DNA of 64,000 bases from Eledone cirrhosa (taxonomy: Eukaryota): NCBI GenBank assembly GCA_964016885.1, contig OZ024741.1, forward strand, positions 263,128,001 through 263,192,000, given 5' to 3'. Positions 11,666-24,646 of this stretch are shown here, piece after piece. The notes beneath the pieces were generated by a model. That model was not told the origin of the DNA, searched no databases, and saw only the letters and a list, made by a program, of their open reading frames with translations. The stretch's first letter is position 1; each line of letters starts with the position of its first letter. The translations under genes were made by a program, and so were the position numbers.

Positions 11666-12564
11666 GGTAATTTAGTGGATGAAACTGTTGATAATAAGAT
11701 ATTTTCGACAAAATATCTATATTTGTATATTTTACAGAAGTTGTTGTTCAGTTTTGATGAATGGAAGTTTGCAAAAAGACAATTCGGAGGCTTTTAAATT
11801 TCAACATTTTTTTTACAGTTAACAGCTCTGAAAAATAAAGTGAGAAGAAAAAACATTAAAATTTGTGTTAGAATTATTTATTAATAAAATATTAAATATC
11901 ATCTCTACCTCTGTGATATTTCCACAAGCTTTGATTAATGTGTCTGAGTGTGTGTATGTGCATGCACGTGAGTGTATGTATGTATGTATGTCATCATCAT
12001 TACCGTTTTACGTCCGTTCTTCCACGCTAGCATGGGTTAGACGGGTTGTCCTGTTGTGGGCAGTGTCCGGTCGGCTGACCTTGTCTTGCATGTCCCTCTC
12101 TTGTAAGCAGGGAAAAGCGGACGTAAAATGATGATGATGATGATATATATATTATTTAATTACATAATAAACAACACAATATAATTATTCCATTACCAAA
12201 GGTTTCAGGAATCTAGACGATTCTTGCAGAAACATCCAGCCCGTTCATGTGATAAAATAATTGTTTTGGATATAAATTTTGAAATTGATATCTATTAAAA
12301 ATGAAAATGTGGCTGAGTTAAAATAACATCTTATAATGGAAAAAATATACATACACACATACAAATATACGTACATACACACACACATAAAACCACATGC
12401 ACGCATCTATACATCCATATACACTCTTACATAGATATATACGCACATCAACCACATATATACACTCATACACACATATATATATATATATATATACATA
12501 CACGTATGCACACATATATATGTATAAATATGCATGTGTATGTATATATATATATATATATATA

Positions 12565-12750
12565 GGAAAATGTTTAACCCCGACGGCAGAGCTCAAGCCG
12601 TTTCGACGGCTATTTCTGGACGCGTTCAGAAATAGCTTGAGCTCTGCCGTCGGGGTTAAACATTTTCCTATTACCCACTCTACTACCCTAAGTATTGAGT
12701 ACTCTAGTGCGTTATGGTGCTTCTGGTTCCTTACCACACTTCCTTCGTTT
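12565..12750 (+). repeat. Hairpin element with tail (third copy, inverted relative to 7613-7780 and 9601-9768)
   Basis: ggaaaatgtttaaccccgacggcagagctcaagc...gcttgagctctgccgtcggggttaaacattttcc followed by the tail. Confidence 0.8.
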
Positions 12751-12781
<31 letters not shown>

Positions 12782-13240
12782 ATATACATGTGTATTTCTG
12801 CATGTATGTGTGTAAGTCTTTGTCTGCATGTGTGTATGTATATGTATCTATATTTGTGTGTGTATATCTGTGTGTGTGTCTGTGAGTGAGTTTGTGAGTG
12901 TGTCTGTGAGTGTGTCTGTGAGTGAGTCTTTATATGTGAGTGTGTATCTGTCAGTCTGTCTTTGTATGTGTATGTGTGTGTCTGTATGTGTATCTATCTA
13001 TATATGTGTGTGTGCATGTCTGTCTGCCTGTGTCTGTATATGTGTGTCTATATATGTGTATCTGTATGTGTGTGTATGCCTGTCTGATTACATGTGTGAG
13101 TATGTGTGTGCCCATGTGTCTGTTTATTTTTATAACTGTGCCTGTGTAAGTGTACGTGTGTCCCTATGTTTATGTTTATATCTGTGTGTGCATGTATATC
13201 TGTCTATGTGTGTATGTGTCCATCCATGTTTCTGTTTACA

Positions 13241-13308
<68 letters not shown>

Positions 13309-13414
13309 ATAATGTAACTTGGTGGCTCAATATAAGAGATCAATAGAATAAGTAAAAAATTTGAAAAATAAGTTTTCAGGTCAATATGATCAACATAAAC
13401 AAGGGGGAGTGCCC

Positions 13415-13762
13415 CAGCAAGGCCACAGTCTAATGACTGACATCAACATAAACAAAGCACAGTGCTACAGCATGCTCATGATCTAATGACTGAACCCAAT
13501 AAAAGAAGAGCAGTACCCCAGCCTGGACACAGTCTAATGACTGGAACCAGTAAAAGAAGGCAATACCCCAGCCTGGCCACAGTCTAATGACTGGAACCAG
13601 TAAAAGAAGGCAATACCCCAGCCTGGCCACAGTCTAATGACTGGAACCAGTAAAAGAAGGCAATACTCCAGCCTGGCCACAGTCTAATGACTGGAACCAG
13701 TAAAAGAAGGCAATACCCCAGCCTGGCCACAGTCTAATGACTGGAACCAGTAAAAGAAGGCA
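13415..13762 (+). repeat. 50-bp tandem repeat derived from a SINE 3' end
   Basis: Unit cccagcctggccacagtctaatgactggaaccagtaaaagaaggcaatac, ~5 good copies, directly after a SINE remnant. Confidence 0.85.
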
Positions 13763-13789
13763 AGAATACAAGAATGAATGAAAGAATAC

Positions 13790-13865
13790 CTTAGCAGTGG
13801 AGCAACAAGAAACACAGCTGAAGAGATGAATAACTTCTGTAGTAGTGATGTACACAAGAGTGACC
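13790..13865 (-). other. Candidate 76-nt (probably 5' UTR) exon
   Basis: Acceptor ctcccccccccctacag| and donor aag|gtattc in unique sequence, same strand as the 11555-11827 candidate. Confidence 0.3.
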
Positions 13866-14109
13866 CTGTAGGGGGGGGGGAGTCAGAGATAACCACAAGT
13901 GGATGGGAGGAGAATGGGTGGTAGTGAGAGTTGGGGAGGAGATAATGAGAGAGAGAGAGGGGAAGAGATAGTGAGAGGGGGTAGACATAGTGAGAGAGGT
14001 AGTCAAAGAAGAAAAGAGTGAATGTAATGTAGTGGGGGAGAGAGAGAGAGAGAGAGGGGAGAAACGTAGAGAGAGTGAGAGTGTATGTTGGAGTTAAGTA
14101 GAGATAGTA

Positions 14110-14560
14110 AAAGACATATAGAGAGTGAAAAAGAGAGAGAATAAAAGACAGATAGCGAAAGAGACATATAGAGAGGGATAAAGAGAGTGTGTGAAAGGCA
14201 GATAGAGAGAGAGAGACATATAGAGAGGGATAGAGAGAGAGTGTGAAAGGCAGATAGAGAGAGAGACATATAGAGAGGGATAGAGAGAGAGTGCGAAAGG
14301 CAGATAGAGAGAGAGACATATAGAGAGGGATAGAGAGAGAGTGTGAAAGGCAGATAGAGAGAGAGACATATAGAGAGGGATAGAGAGAGAGTGCGAAAGG
14401 CAGATAGAGAGAGAGACATATAGAGAGGGATAGAGAGAGAGTGTGAAAGGCAGATAGAGAGAGAGAGACATATAGAGAGGGATAGAGAGAGAGTGTGAAA
14501 GGCAGATAGAGAGAGAGAGACATATAGAGAGGGATAGAGAGAGAGTGTGAAAGGCAGAGA
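14110..14560. repeat. GA-rich ~50-52 bp minisatellite
   Basis: Unit gacatatagagagggatagagagagagtgtgaaaggcagatagagagaga. Confidence 0.9.
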
Positions 14561-14819
14561 TAAAAGATAAGAGAGAAGGAAAGAAAGAAAGCAAAGATTC
14601 CAAAACAATGTACAAGAATATGTTAAGATGTGTGTGTGAGAGTAGGTTTGTGTGTGTGTATGTGTGTGTTAGTAGGTTGTGTGTGTGTGTGAGTAGGTTT
14701 GTGTGTGTGTGTAGGTTTGTGTGAGTGTGTGTGTAGGTTTGTGTGTGTGTGTGAGTAGGTTTGTGTGTATTTGTGTGTATATATATGTTTAAGTCTGTGT
14801 GTATATATGTGTACATATA

Positions 14820-14887
14820 TATACACACACAGTTCTACCATATATATACATATATACACTATATACATATATACACACACAGTTGCA

Positions 14888-14928
<41 letters not shown>

Positions 14929-15000
14929 ATTCTACCATATATATATATATATACACACAGTCTTACCATATATATACATATATACACACACAGTTCTACC

Positions 15001-15031
<31 letters not shown>

Positions 15032-15084
15032 TATACACACACAGTCCTACCATATATATACATATATACACACACAGTCCTACC

Positions 15085-15115
<31 letters not shown>

Positions 15116-15520
15116 CACAGTCCTACCATATATATACACATATATACACACAGTCCTACTATATATATACATATATACACACAGTCCTACTATATATATA
15201 TACATATAAACACACACAGTCCTACTATATATATACATATAAACACACACAGTCCTACCATATATATACACATATATACACACAGTCCTACTATATATAT
15301 ACATATATACACACACAGTCCTACTATATATATACATATATACACACACAGTCCTACTATATATATACATATATACACACACAGTCCTACTATATATATA
15401 CATATATACACACACAGTCCTACTATATATATACATATATACACACACAGTCCTACTATATATATACATATATACACACACAGTCCTACTATATATATAC
15501 ATATAAACACACAGTCCTAC
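14820..15520. repeat. ~31-33 bp TA/CA minisatellite
   Basis: Unit cacacagtcctactatatatatacatatata. Confidence 0.9.
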
Positions 15521-16244
15521 CCATGCTAGTGTGGAGGATGGACGTTGAACGATGATGATGATATGTGTGTGTGTGTGGATGTATGTGCATGCATGTGTGT
15601 ATGTGTATGCATGTGTGCATATTTGGGCATATTTATTTGTGTGTTTATGTATATGTATGTGTGTGTATGTTCATATATGAATGTATGTGTGTATATGCAT
15701 ATATGTATGCATGTGCGTGCATGTGTATGCGTGTGCGTGTATGCATATGTGTGTATGTATGCGTGTATATATGCTCATGTGTGTGTGTGTGTGTGCATAT
15801 GTGCATATGTGTGTGTGTGTGTGCATTTGTGTGTGTATATATGTGTATGTATATGTCTGTATGTGCGTATATTTTTACATATACACCAGAAGTGTTTTTG
15901 AGGACAGTGACAGGAGAGAGGGAGAAAGGGGGAGAAATGGGGATGTGAGAGGGGGGAGATGGGGGAGAGGGGGGAGGGGGGAGGGGGGAGAGAGTGGAGG
16001 GATGGAGTGTGGTATAACACTGGTTGAGGAGGGAGTGGCCTTAAACTTTAAAGATTCCGAAAAACTTAAATTTAGAAGCAATTTGGTAGAGATTAATGAG
16101 GGTAGGGGGAGGGGAGTAGAGATTATAACTATACCACTACCACACCACCACCACCACCAACCCAACTCCTTCACTAGACCACAACCACCCCACCATTCTC
16201 TGTCAGAACCACTGTTGCCCACACCTCTTCCTTACCTCCACACT

Positions 16245-16332
<88 letters not shown>

Positions 16333-17020
16333 AGAAGTATAAATAAGTAAATAAAATAAAATAAATAAATAAATAAATAGATAAATAAATACATACAGAA
16401 GCACAATAACAACAAGGTACATAAACACACACTAGTCACCCATCACACAGCAAACAAAACACTATACACACACGCAAACGCATGCGCAAAGAAGACAAAA
16501 TAAAATAAACAAACAAGCAAATAAATAAATAAATATACAGACAGACTGAATAAAAATGGCGTAGACATACAATGCAGCGGGAGGAAAATATAGCACCACT
16601 GACGATGTTGCAGATGTGCAACGAAAGATTTATGATAAACTATATATGTGTTTGTGTCTATATTGTATCTGTATTATTTTTGACTGCCGGTCAGTCAATG
16701 GCAACATTGAGGACCGAGTATATTAGATTACCGATATAAAAGACACAGAAGCGAGAAGCGAAAACCAACCAAACAGTGAGTGTGTTCTGTTATTAATTCT
16801 GGCAATATTACACAAATATGACCCTCCCCAAGTATAACAATATATATAAATATATATTTCTGTGTGTGTATGTGTGTTTATATATATATATGTGTGTGTG
16901 TGTATGCAACCTGTATTAGCAGGGAAACCTCTTGGGGGTCGAAAAAATAAAGTACCAGTAATACACTGAGATAATTGCTGGCCTTGTGCCAAAAGTAGAA
17001 TCAATTATTATATATATATA

Positions 17021-17160
17021 CTAGCAAAATGGCCCGGCGTTGCTCGGGATTTGCTCTAGGGTTCTTATATATTTGATATATATTTATCCTTATCAAACCT
17101 CGTGAAATAAATACGTTTGTTTATATTTTGTTATTGTGTATGCAAAAATATCTGGACATG
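17021..17160 (-). mobile_element. Helitron 3'-end fragment
   Basis: ctagcaaaatggcccggcgttgctcggg is the reverse complement of a subterminal hairpin plus CTAG terminus. Confidence 0.6.
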
Positions 17161-17164
17161 AATA

Positions 17165-17219
<55 letters not shown>

Positions 17220-17354
17220 ATACTTTGGGAGGGTCATGTTGCCAATAAGAAACACACGCACCAGTTGCTTTCACTTCAATTTATTATAAATTAAATTTAT
17301 AAATTTAGGAATTTATAAATTTCCGGTTGGTTCCACAACCAGATGATTGTTCAT

Positions 17355-17402
17355 ATATTGTCAAAGTTCTTTCGTCACACATTCTGTGACCTCTTCAGTG
17401 AT
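17355..17402 (-). ncRNA. Hammerhead-like motif (family C)
   Basis: Reverse strand reads tca-CTGAAGA-ggtcaca gaatg tgtgac-GAAA-gaac-TT-tga; related copy at 60536-60580. Confidence 0.5.
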
Positions 17403-17609
17403 ATATATATATATTAGAAAGTGAGGTTTTTTTTACAAAATGAAAAATAACCGAGGTGTCCTACACGAGTGAAAGTATAAAGAAAAAAGATGAAGTCAAA
17501 AATGCAACTGGAGTCTTATTTATTTTAAAATATATATATTTTTTTGGTTCCTTTACCGGTTTCGCAGTTCTTCTGCTTTTCAAAAGTAGAGTTGAGATGG
17601 AGGGTCTGT

Positions 17610-17665
<56 letters not shown>

Positions 17666-17834
17666 ATATATTTTTTTAGTGGTGTGATAGACAACACGTC
17701 TATGTTTACTTCCTGCTTCTACTAAGGGCTGGTTCATGCATAGGTCAACTTTACGGCCTCATTCGATCCTGTGCTAGCTGGCAGGTGGCAATATATTTTG
17801 CCGTTCTTGGGACTTCTGTCCTAGGAAAGGAAAA

Positions 17835-17916
17835 TGTTCTCTGATGATCCGAACATTTCCATTGGAGATCCCTAGGATCTCCAATCTTTTGTAAGGTGAA
17901 ACCGTCGGTAAAAGCA
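17835..17916 (+). ncRNA. Hammerhead ribozyme with extended stem II
   Basis: tgttct-CTGATGA(17841-17847)-tcc..attggagatcc cta ggatctccaat..ggt-GAAA(17898-17901)-ccgtcgg-TA-aaagca. Confidence 0.7.
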
Positions 17917-18003
17917 AATGGATTAGGTAAATATTTAAATTATATTTTTAAATTTATTTTGAGAAATTGTTTGAATTTTACTTGCTCCGCTTATCTCAAT
18001 TTT

Positions 18004-18480
18004 CATCATCATCATCACCGTTTTACGTCCGTTCTTCCATGCTAGCATGGGTTAGACGGGTTGTTCTGTTGTGGGCAGTGTCTGGTCGGCTGACCGTGCC
18101 TTGCTCATACAGGAACTGATTTTGGCTTGATTTCTACAGCTGGATGCCCTTCCTAACACCAACCTCATTTATAGTGAGTGCTGGGTGCTTTATTTCCGTG
18201 GCGCCTACACGTCCACTTTACAGTGTGGGCTGGGTGCTTTTTTGCAGTGGCACCTCCATGACCACCTTGCAGTGGGAGGGTGTGGGGGCATATTGTCTAT
18301 ATGCTTCAGCTTGTACCCATGGGAGGTTGGGTACTCTGTATTACTGCGAGACGCCAGAGGTCACGGTCATGTGTCATCGCCTTTGAGAGGTGTAATTGGG
18401 TAAGGTCGGCTTTTATCACCTCATCCCAGGTCTTCTTGGGTCTCCCCACTCCGCGGTTTCCATTGACTTCCCACTCCGCG
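18004..18480 (-). mobile_element. RTE LINE 3' end with SINE-like 3' UTR
   Basis: GNRGVGRPKKTWDEVIKADL..., then ggttggtgttaggaagggcatccagctgtagaaa and a (GAT)n tail on the minus strand. Confidence 0.8.
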
Positions 18481-19091
18481 GTTTCCATATGAAAATAACA
18501 GATTAAAGTTTAATCAAAGAATCGCTGCTTTCACCCTTAACGGGATCTTCTGAAACTAAAAAAATCAATCTGAGAATGCAGAAGTAAATATTTCGAAAAA
18601 CGTTGCAACCAAAGGAAAACAGGAAGACGATACTTTGGTTCATGAAGACGTTCCCTGCCATAAGAATATATATACACACACACACTATATATACATATAT
18701 ACACACACACATTTATCGCGTTATAATGACGTAATGCAGACATACAGACAGATATTATAAAGGCGCGACGTTATATCTATGTATCTATCTAAAAAGAGAA
18801 AGACTAAGAATTATAGACAGAGATCGCTAAATCGCCTAATGCAGTGCCTAGGGCATTGAAAATTTGAAAATTTCTTTGCTCAAAACACGCACCGGATTAT
18901 AAGTATTACATGTGTAAAGTTTGAAAAAACTCGGTTGCGTGGTTCTCGAGTTTTAGTGATTGGACAGACAAACAGACATTCTCTGTTTTAGTAATATAGA
19001 TATATAAGTTTATCCTGGGTTCAATCAGGGGTAACCACAGTAAGTAAAGTACTCAATACAAAGCAGAGTATAAATATTTAATATAGAAAAA

Positions 19092-19140
19092 GCTTCTACA
19101 GGACTAGAACTGTTTCATTCGGGAGAAATCATCAGGAAGC
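19092..19140 (-). ncRNA. Hammerhead ribozyme (family B)
   Basis: Reverse strand reads gcttc-CTGATGA-tttc tccc gaat-GAAA-cagttctagtcctg-TA-gaagc; tail extends to ~19010. Confidence 0.78.
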
Positions 19141-19153
19141 CTATATATATATA

Positions 19154-20230
19154 CTAGCAGAGGTACCCGGCGTTGCTCGGATATTAAATAGCAATTGTGT
19201 ATACCATTTATGTCAATACTTCAGTGTTTCTTCAAAAACTATACTTTTACAAAATCATCAGCTTTTTCCAAAAGGGGGTTCCTGCCCCCAGGGGTCCCCT
19301 ACCCAATATGTGCCAATTCTGAGAGTTAACATTCATCTGTAGGACAAACGTAGCCCATGTGTCAAGTTTTGTGAAAATCGGTTGCGAACTCCAGAAGTTA
19401 TGACGTTTTGTTGCATTGCACTGCAGTGCTTCAGTCGACTCCAAGGAAGTGGTTAAAGTGGTTAAAGGGGTTATCTGCCGGGGGGGGGGGCTATAATCAA
19501 TATCTGGAAAAATGACAGTGCCCATGACCATCCAGAGTACATAAGTAACCTATGTCTTAAGTTTGGTGAAAATACTGTAGAAATGCATAAGGTTTATACA
19601 TACGCGCGTGCGTTCGTGTGTGTGCATGTGGGGGAGGGGGGTATGCATTTGTGTATGCATATGTATGTGTATGTCCGTCGGGGCATACATATGTACTGGC
19701 CTAAATCTTCACTATTTACTTTTACTATTTTAATAACCTCTGTCATTTTCATTTTCAGTTTTATTTACATCATTCTTAAACTCCAGGGCTGGAAATCATT
19801 CTGTTATTTTAAATAGAATATTAGTCTAACGACTCCATTTATACCATAAACTTTGTCTTGTCTTTGCATGAAATTGTTCTTCACGCTCCACATAACGACG
19901 TATTATCCTCGCTTTTTTCCCGTTCATTGCCAGGGAACGTCTTCACAAACTAAAATATCGTCTTCCTGTTTTCGTTCGGTTGCAACGTTTCTCAAAATAA
20001 TTACTTCAGCGTTCACAGATTACTCTCAGTTCAATTTGAATGGGAAATTCCTGTTTCATCGATTTTCTCCGTAACCATGGAAGATTGTAGCTTGAAAGTC
20101 GACCCAATGCCTCCTCGGGTCATTCTGCATAACTGTGTAAATTTTTGCTGCATTCCACCAAGCCGTTTCGACGTTTATCCGACTACACCTACATATACAA
20201 CGTCCGACTACTTCCAATTTATATAGTAGA
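19154..20230 (-). mobile_element. Non-autonomous Helitron
   Basis: Minus strand starts TCTACTATATAAA and ends with hairpin ccgagcaacgccggg plus CTAG; inserted between A and T. Confidence 0.75.
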
Positions 20231-20341
20231 TTTTTTAATATATGAATGACAAAAAGAAAAGTACAAAACTATACATGAATTGTTTCTAGTAAACCTTCAA
20301 TTTAAGACACAACCTACATATTTGATAGGACTCCAGCTCAC

Positions 20342-20428
20342 TTCTTCTTCTTCTTCTTCTTCTTCTTCGACTTCTTCTTCTGCTCCCCCTGGAACATTGG
20401 GCTGCGAGCCACCCACACACAACGCCAT
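20342..20428 (-). CDS. Candidate first coding exon, acidic N-terminus (MALCVGGSQPNVPGGAEEEVEEEEEEEEE)
   Basis: AACATGGCG start context, 29 codons, phase-0 donor gaa|gtgagc; unique sequence. Confidence 0.35.
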
Positions 20429-20981
20429 GTTCTGAGTCTGCTTTTCAACTCCACCGTGATGCACATGCGTCATGGTATATCTAACCATTTGTTTAGGTCT
20501 TACTACAGCTGATTTCTTCCAGAGAGAAAGAAAGAGATGGAAAAATGCAGAGAAGATTCATCCCCGGAGGAATAATAAAAAATGTTTACACTGCACATTT
20601 CATTTTTTCAAAGCTAAAGCTGCCGATCCAAAATCAGTAATTCAACTCCCTGAAAACTTTCAAATATATGCTGTTCTAGCATGAATATTATGCTAAGGAT
20701 AAGCTGTCCACAAAGTAAGATTTACTTGCATATCCCCACTCATATAAACACATAAATACATGCATACATAAGTATTAGAACAGGGGGAAATAACTCACCG
20801 AATGTGATAGTTTTGGGGCCCCAAGGACCACATTTTTCAAATTAGAGATTTGAAACCCCATCTATTTGCTTCCTTGGCACTTTTTACATAGGTGAGTAAA
20901 TTTTCATGTCAGTCTGACTACGTCTACTACCATTTAACCGCGCACATCTGAATTTCAACCACCACCCATTTCACAAATATA

Positions 20982-21852
20982 TCTATATATATAAAACTAT
21001 GGTTGTCTGTCTGTCTATCGATTTTTGGCACACATCTCCTCTTAGAATCTCTCACGGAATTGCACCGAAATTGCTATACTTGTACATTGAGCCCTAGCGA
21101 AGACATCGGAAAAAAAATATTTCAAATTGACCCACCCTATGTGACGAAATCGAATCTAATGTATCGATTTTTGAGCGTAAGTGACGAGTTATTTCCCTTT
21201 GTTCTGTTTACATTTAGCGTCTTACGTTTTACGCTGGCTTTCTCAGCGTTTAAAATGACATTAACACAATACACGAACAGTTGTCGAGCCAGCAAAATTT
21301 TGACCTGCAAAATTCATCAGTTCGAACACTAAGCTTCCGTTTTGCTTCATTTCCATTTAAAAGCCTTTTAAAACAATATTTTTACTTGAAAACAAGTCTA
21401 TTTAAAGACTACGTAAAACAAGCAAATATTTCGTAAAAAAAAAGCAAAAATTATATAAGTTTATTTAAAATATATGTATCTGTAAATTTCGTTAGGCGTG
21501 CAGACAGACAGTCGTGCAGAGAGGTGATATAGGCGTGCAGACAGACATAACTGATAATTTGGTTACGCTAATGTTTTTCTCTGCGTTGCCGTGTTTACAT
21601 TTTCGATCTTTGTTAATAAATAACCAGTGCAGTTTTTATCCCCAGCATCCTCTTTTGTTATAACATTCGGGTTATCGTTATGTTTTCTTAACTTCATAAG
21701 GCATATTGTTGGTTGAGGGAATATTAATCAAAAACACCACATGCAAGTCTGCACAGTAGACACTACAGTTTTTAAGCAAAAAAAGAAACTTAACATTGTA
21801 ACTTTAACACAGCTACTGAGCGACCCCGAGCAACGCCGGGCTTTACTGCTAG
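20982..21852 (+). mobile_element. Non-autonomous Helitron
   Basis: a|TCTATATATATAAAA...(ctgt)n...cccgagcaacgccggg ctttactg CTAG|t. Confidence 0.8.
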
Positions 21853-22047
21853 TATTAGATAAATATATATATATAATTGAAAAAGTAAAATTGAAAAAGT
21901 GAAGAATAACATGGTCAACAGTACAAAAAAGGGATTTATTTACAGTCTGACAATTGTTTCACTGATTAAGTTGTCTAAAAATTGCTGAACACTTGAAGTA
22001 GTGCCACTCAATTTCCACTCAAGTATATATATATATATATATATATA

Positions 22048-23278
22048 TCATCATCATCGTTTAACGTCCATATTCCACGCTTGCATGGGTTTGGACGAGA
22101 GTTTTCCCACTTGAGGCAAGAGTGGTTGTCTTGCTCGCATAGGACTGTCTGGCGGGTTTTCTACAGCTGGATGCCCTTCCTAACACCAACCACATTTACA
22201 GTGTGGGACTGGGAGGTTTTTACCGTGTTACCTACACGGCCACATTACAGCGTGGACTGTGTGTTTTTTTGTCGTGACACCTACATGACCTCATTTGTTT
22301 CGGGCTGGATGTTGTGGTACCAACATAACTTTACATTGAAAGGGGTGGTGTGGATGGGGTGGGGGTAGTGGGATGGGGGTGTATTTTGTTAGAGGGGCCT
22401 ACTGACTGTAGTAGGTTTCACTTTGTACTTAGGTAAGGCGGGTCTTCTCTATTACTGTGTAGCGCCAAAGGTCTCGGTCCAGTGACATTGTCTTGGAGAG
22501 GTGTAAGTGTGTGAGGTCGGAATTTATCAAGTCGTCCCAGGTTTTTCTGGGTCTGCCTACTCCGTGGCTACCGTCTATTTTTATTGCCCTGCACTTTTTT
22601 ATACAGCTGTCGTCTTTCATGCGCATCACATGAGCATACCAACGTAGTCTTCTCTCGAGTAAACAACATCTGATCCCTCTTATTTCTAATTTTTCCCTTA
22701 GTTCATTTATGCTTTGCCGTTCACGTATATTACTATTACACATCCAGCGGAGCATGCAAGCTTCGTTCCTCTCCAGTCTGCGTATATCCTCTGCACACAA
22801 TGCCCAGGTCTCACTGCCATGCAACATTGCTGTTCGTATGCAGGCATCATACAGCCTGCCTTTCATTTTTAGGGAGAACCCTTTAGCGGCTAATAGTGGT
22901 ATAAGCTCTCTGAACTTTTTCCATCCAGTTCTGACTCTAGCTACTGTACTTTCAGAGCACCCTCCCCCACTGCTGATTTTGTCACCCAGGTAACGGAAGC
23001 TGCCCACTATTTCTATAGAACTATCTGTGCAATGGAATGACCTAGTATTCTGTGGGCACTTGCTGCTATTTATTGCACCAGAGCACTGGCCACATATAAA
23101 ATCTATGTTCTTAGTTAGCTTACCTATGATCCCACTACATCTTTTATGCACCCATACTTTGCATTTGGGACATAAAATGGAGTTTCTACCTACTCCTTTC
23201 CTACACACTGAGCATTGCCATTTCCCGGATGGGATCGGTGCCCTATTTTCCTTCCTACAAACTAGAACTTTAGTCTTA

Positions 23279-23281
<3 letters not shown>
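22048..23281 (-). mobile_element. 5'-truncated RTE LINE
   Basis: ORF 22429-23283 (PHD-like finger, RRLRWYAHVMR), same 3' UTR and (GAT)n tail as the 1086 copy; flanked by (TA)n. Confidence 0.95.
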
Positions 23282-23325
<44 letters not shown>

Positions 23326-23364
23326 ATATTAAATAAATGGAAACTATATTTATAAAACCATATT

Positions 23365-23428
23365 TATTTTATTATATATATTTCAAGGGTACCAAGACAA
23401 CATTGGTACACTTTCATCAGATAAAATA
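23365..23428 (-). ncRNA. Minimal hammerhead ribozyme (family A)
   Basis: Reverse strand reads tattttat-CTGATGA-aagtgtaccaa tgttgtc ttggtaccctt-GAAA-tatata-TA-ataaaata. Confidence 0.85.
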
Positions 23429-23509
23429 CAAAGTTTGTTTTATAAATAGAGACATACCCAAGAAAATCATACCTTATCGGTTGGAAATTCACTGGTTAGT
23501 CTAATATAT

Positions 23510-23660
23510 AATATAGAAATAGCTTCTACAGGACTAGCACTGTTTCCTTCGAATGAAACAGTTCTATTCCTGTAGAAGCCATTTCTATATTAAATATTTA
23601 TACTCTGCTATGTATTGAGTACCTTACTTACTGTGGTTATCCCCGATTCAACCAGGGATA
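23510..23660. repeat. Family-B palindrome of two hammerhead 3' halves plus tail
   Basis: gcttctacaggactagcactgtttc cttcgaat gaaacagttctattcctgtagaagc; CTGATGA is absent. Confidence 0.7.
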
Positions 23661-23663
23661 TAT

Positions 23664-23704
<41 letters not shown>

Positions 23705-23871
23705 AAGATTGAAGAGTAACATGGTCGGCTGTACAACAAGGGGCTTTATTTCAACTTTTTCCAGTTATTATGTATTTTCTGTTTGTTCATAGATTATATA
23801 CATCATACCAAAGTGGTTTTTCAGCCCTTGTAATTCTGAACACACATTTTTCTGTGTTTATTTCTATATGT

Positions 23872-23903
<32 letters not shown>

Positions 23904-24428
23904 TATCTATTGACACCCCCATCCTCCAATCACTACCACCCTACTACTCTTTGCTATAAATAATTAGAACTAAAGCCATGTTTGTTTTCTGCTTCTCACT
24001 TCTCTTAGTGTTCAAGTCATTTTACACACACATACATACATATATATATATATATATGTACACACACACCTATATACATACACATATATATATACTTACA
24101 AATACATACATATACATACACACACATACATATATATATACATACATATACATACATATACATACGCACATAAATACATACACACATATATATACACACA
24201 TAAATACATACACACATATACATTCATGCACATATATATGTACATACATGTACACAAATACATATATACATACACACATGTACACACATATATATACACG
24301 CACATATACATATACGCATATACATATACACACTTACATACACAGACATATATATGTACACATATACATACGCACATATATACAGACAGACATGTACACA
24401 CACACATGCACACACATATACATATATG

Positions 24429-24626
24429 CGAGGATCGGCTGAAAAGTTGACAGGCTGACTATGAAGGAGTGATGCTAGAGCTGTGAAATCTTGCATGAAT
24501 TAATCTCAACTCTTCTTATTAATAACTGCATTGTTTCTTTCCAGTGACTATGTTGAAAGATAAATCTAATTTGGTCATTCCATGAGAGTATCTTGGTCAA
24601 CCTATGAACTTTTCAGCCAACCCTCA
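24429..24626. mobile_element. Mariner-like MITE
   Basis: TIRs cgaggatcggctgaaaagtt / aacttttcagccaaccctca; second copy at 32710-33049. Confidence 0.75.
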
Positions 24627-24646
24627 TATTTATACATTTATACATA

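Noticed and set aside
20472-20720. Plus-strand coding exon
   Set aside because: AG/GT signals exist, but all three frames hit stops before the donor and there is no recognisable homology.
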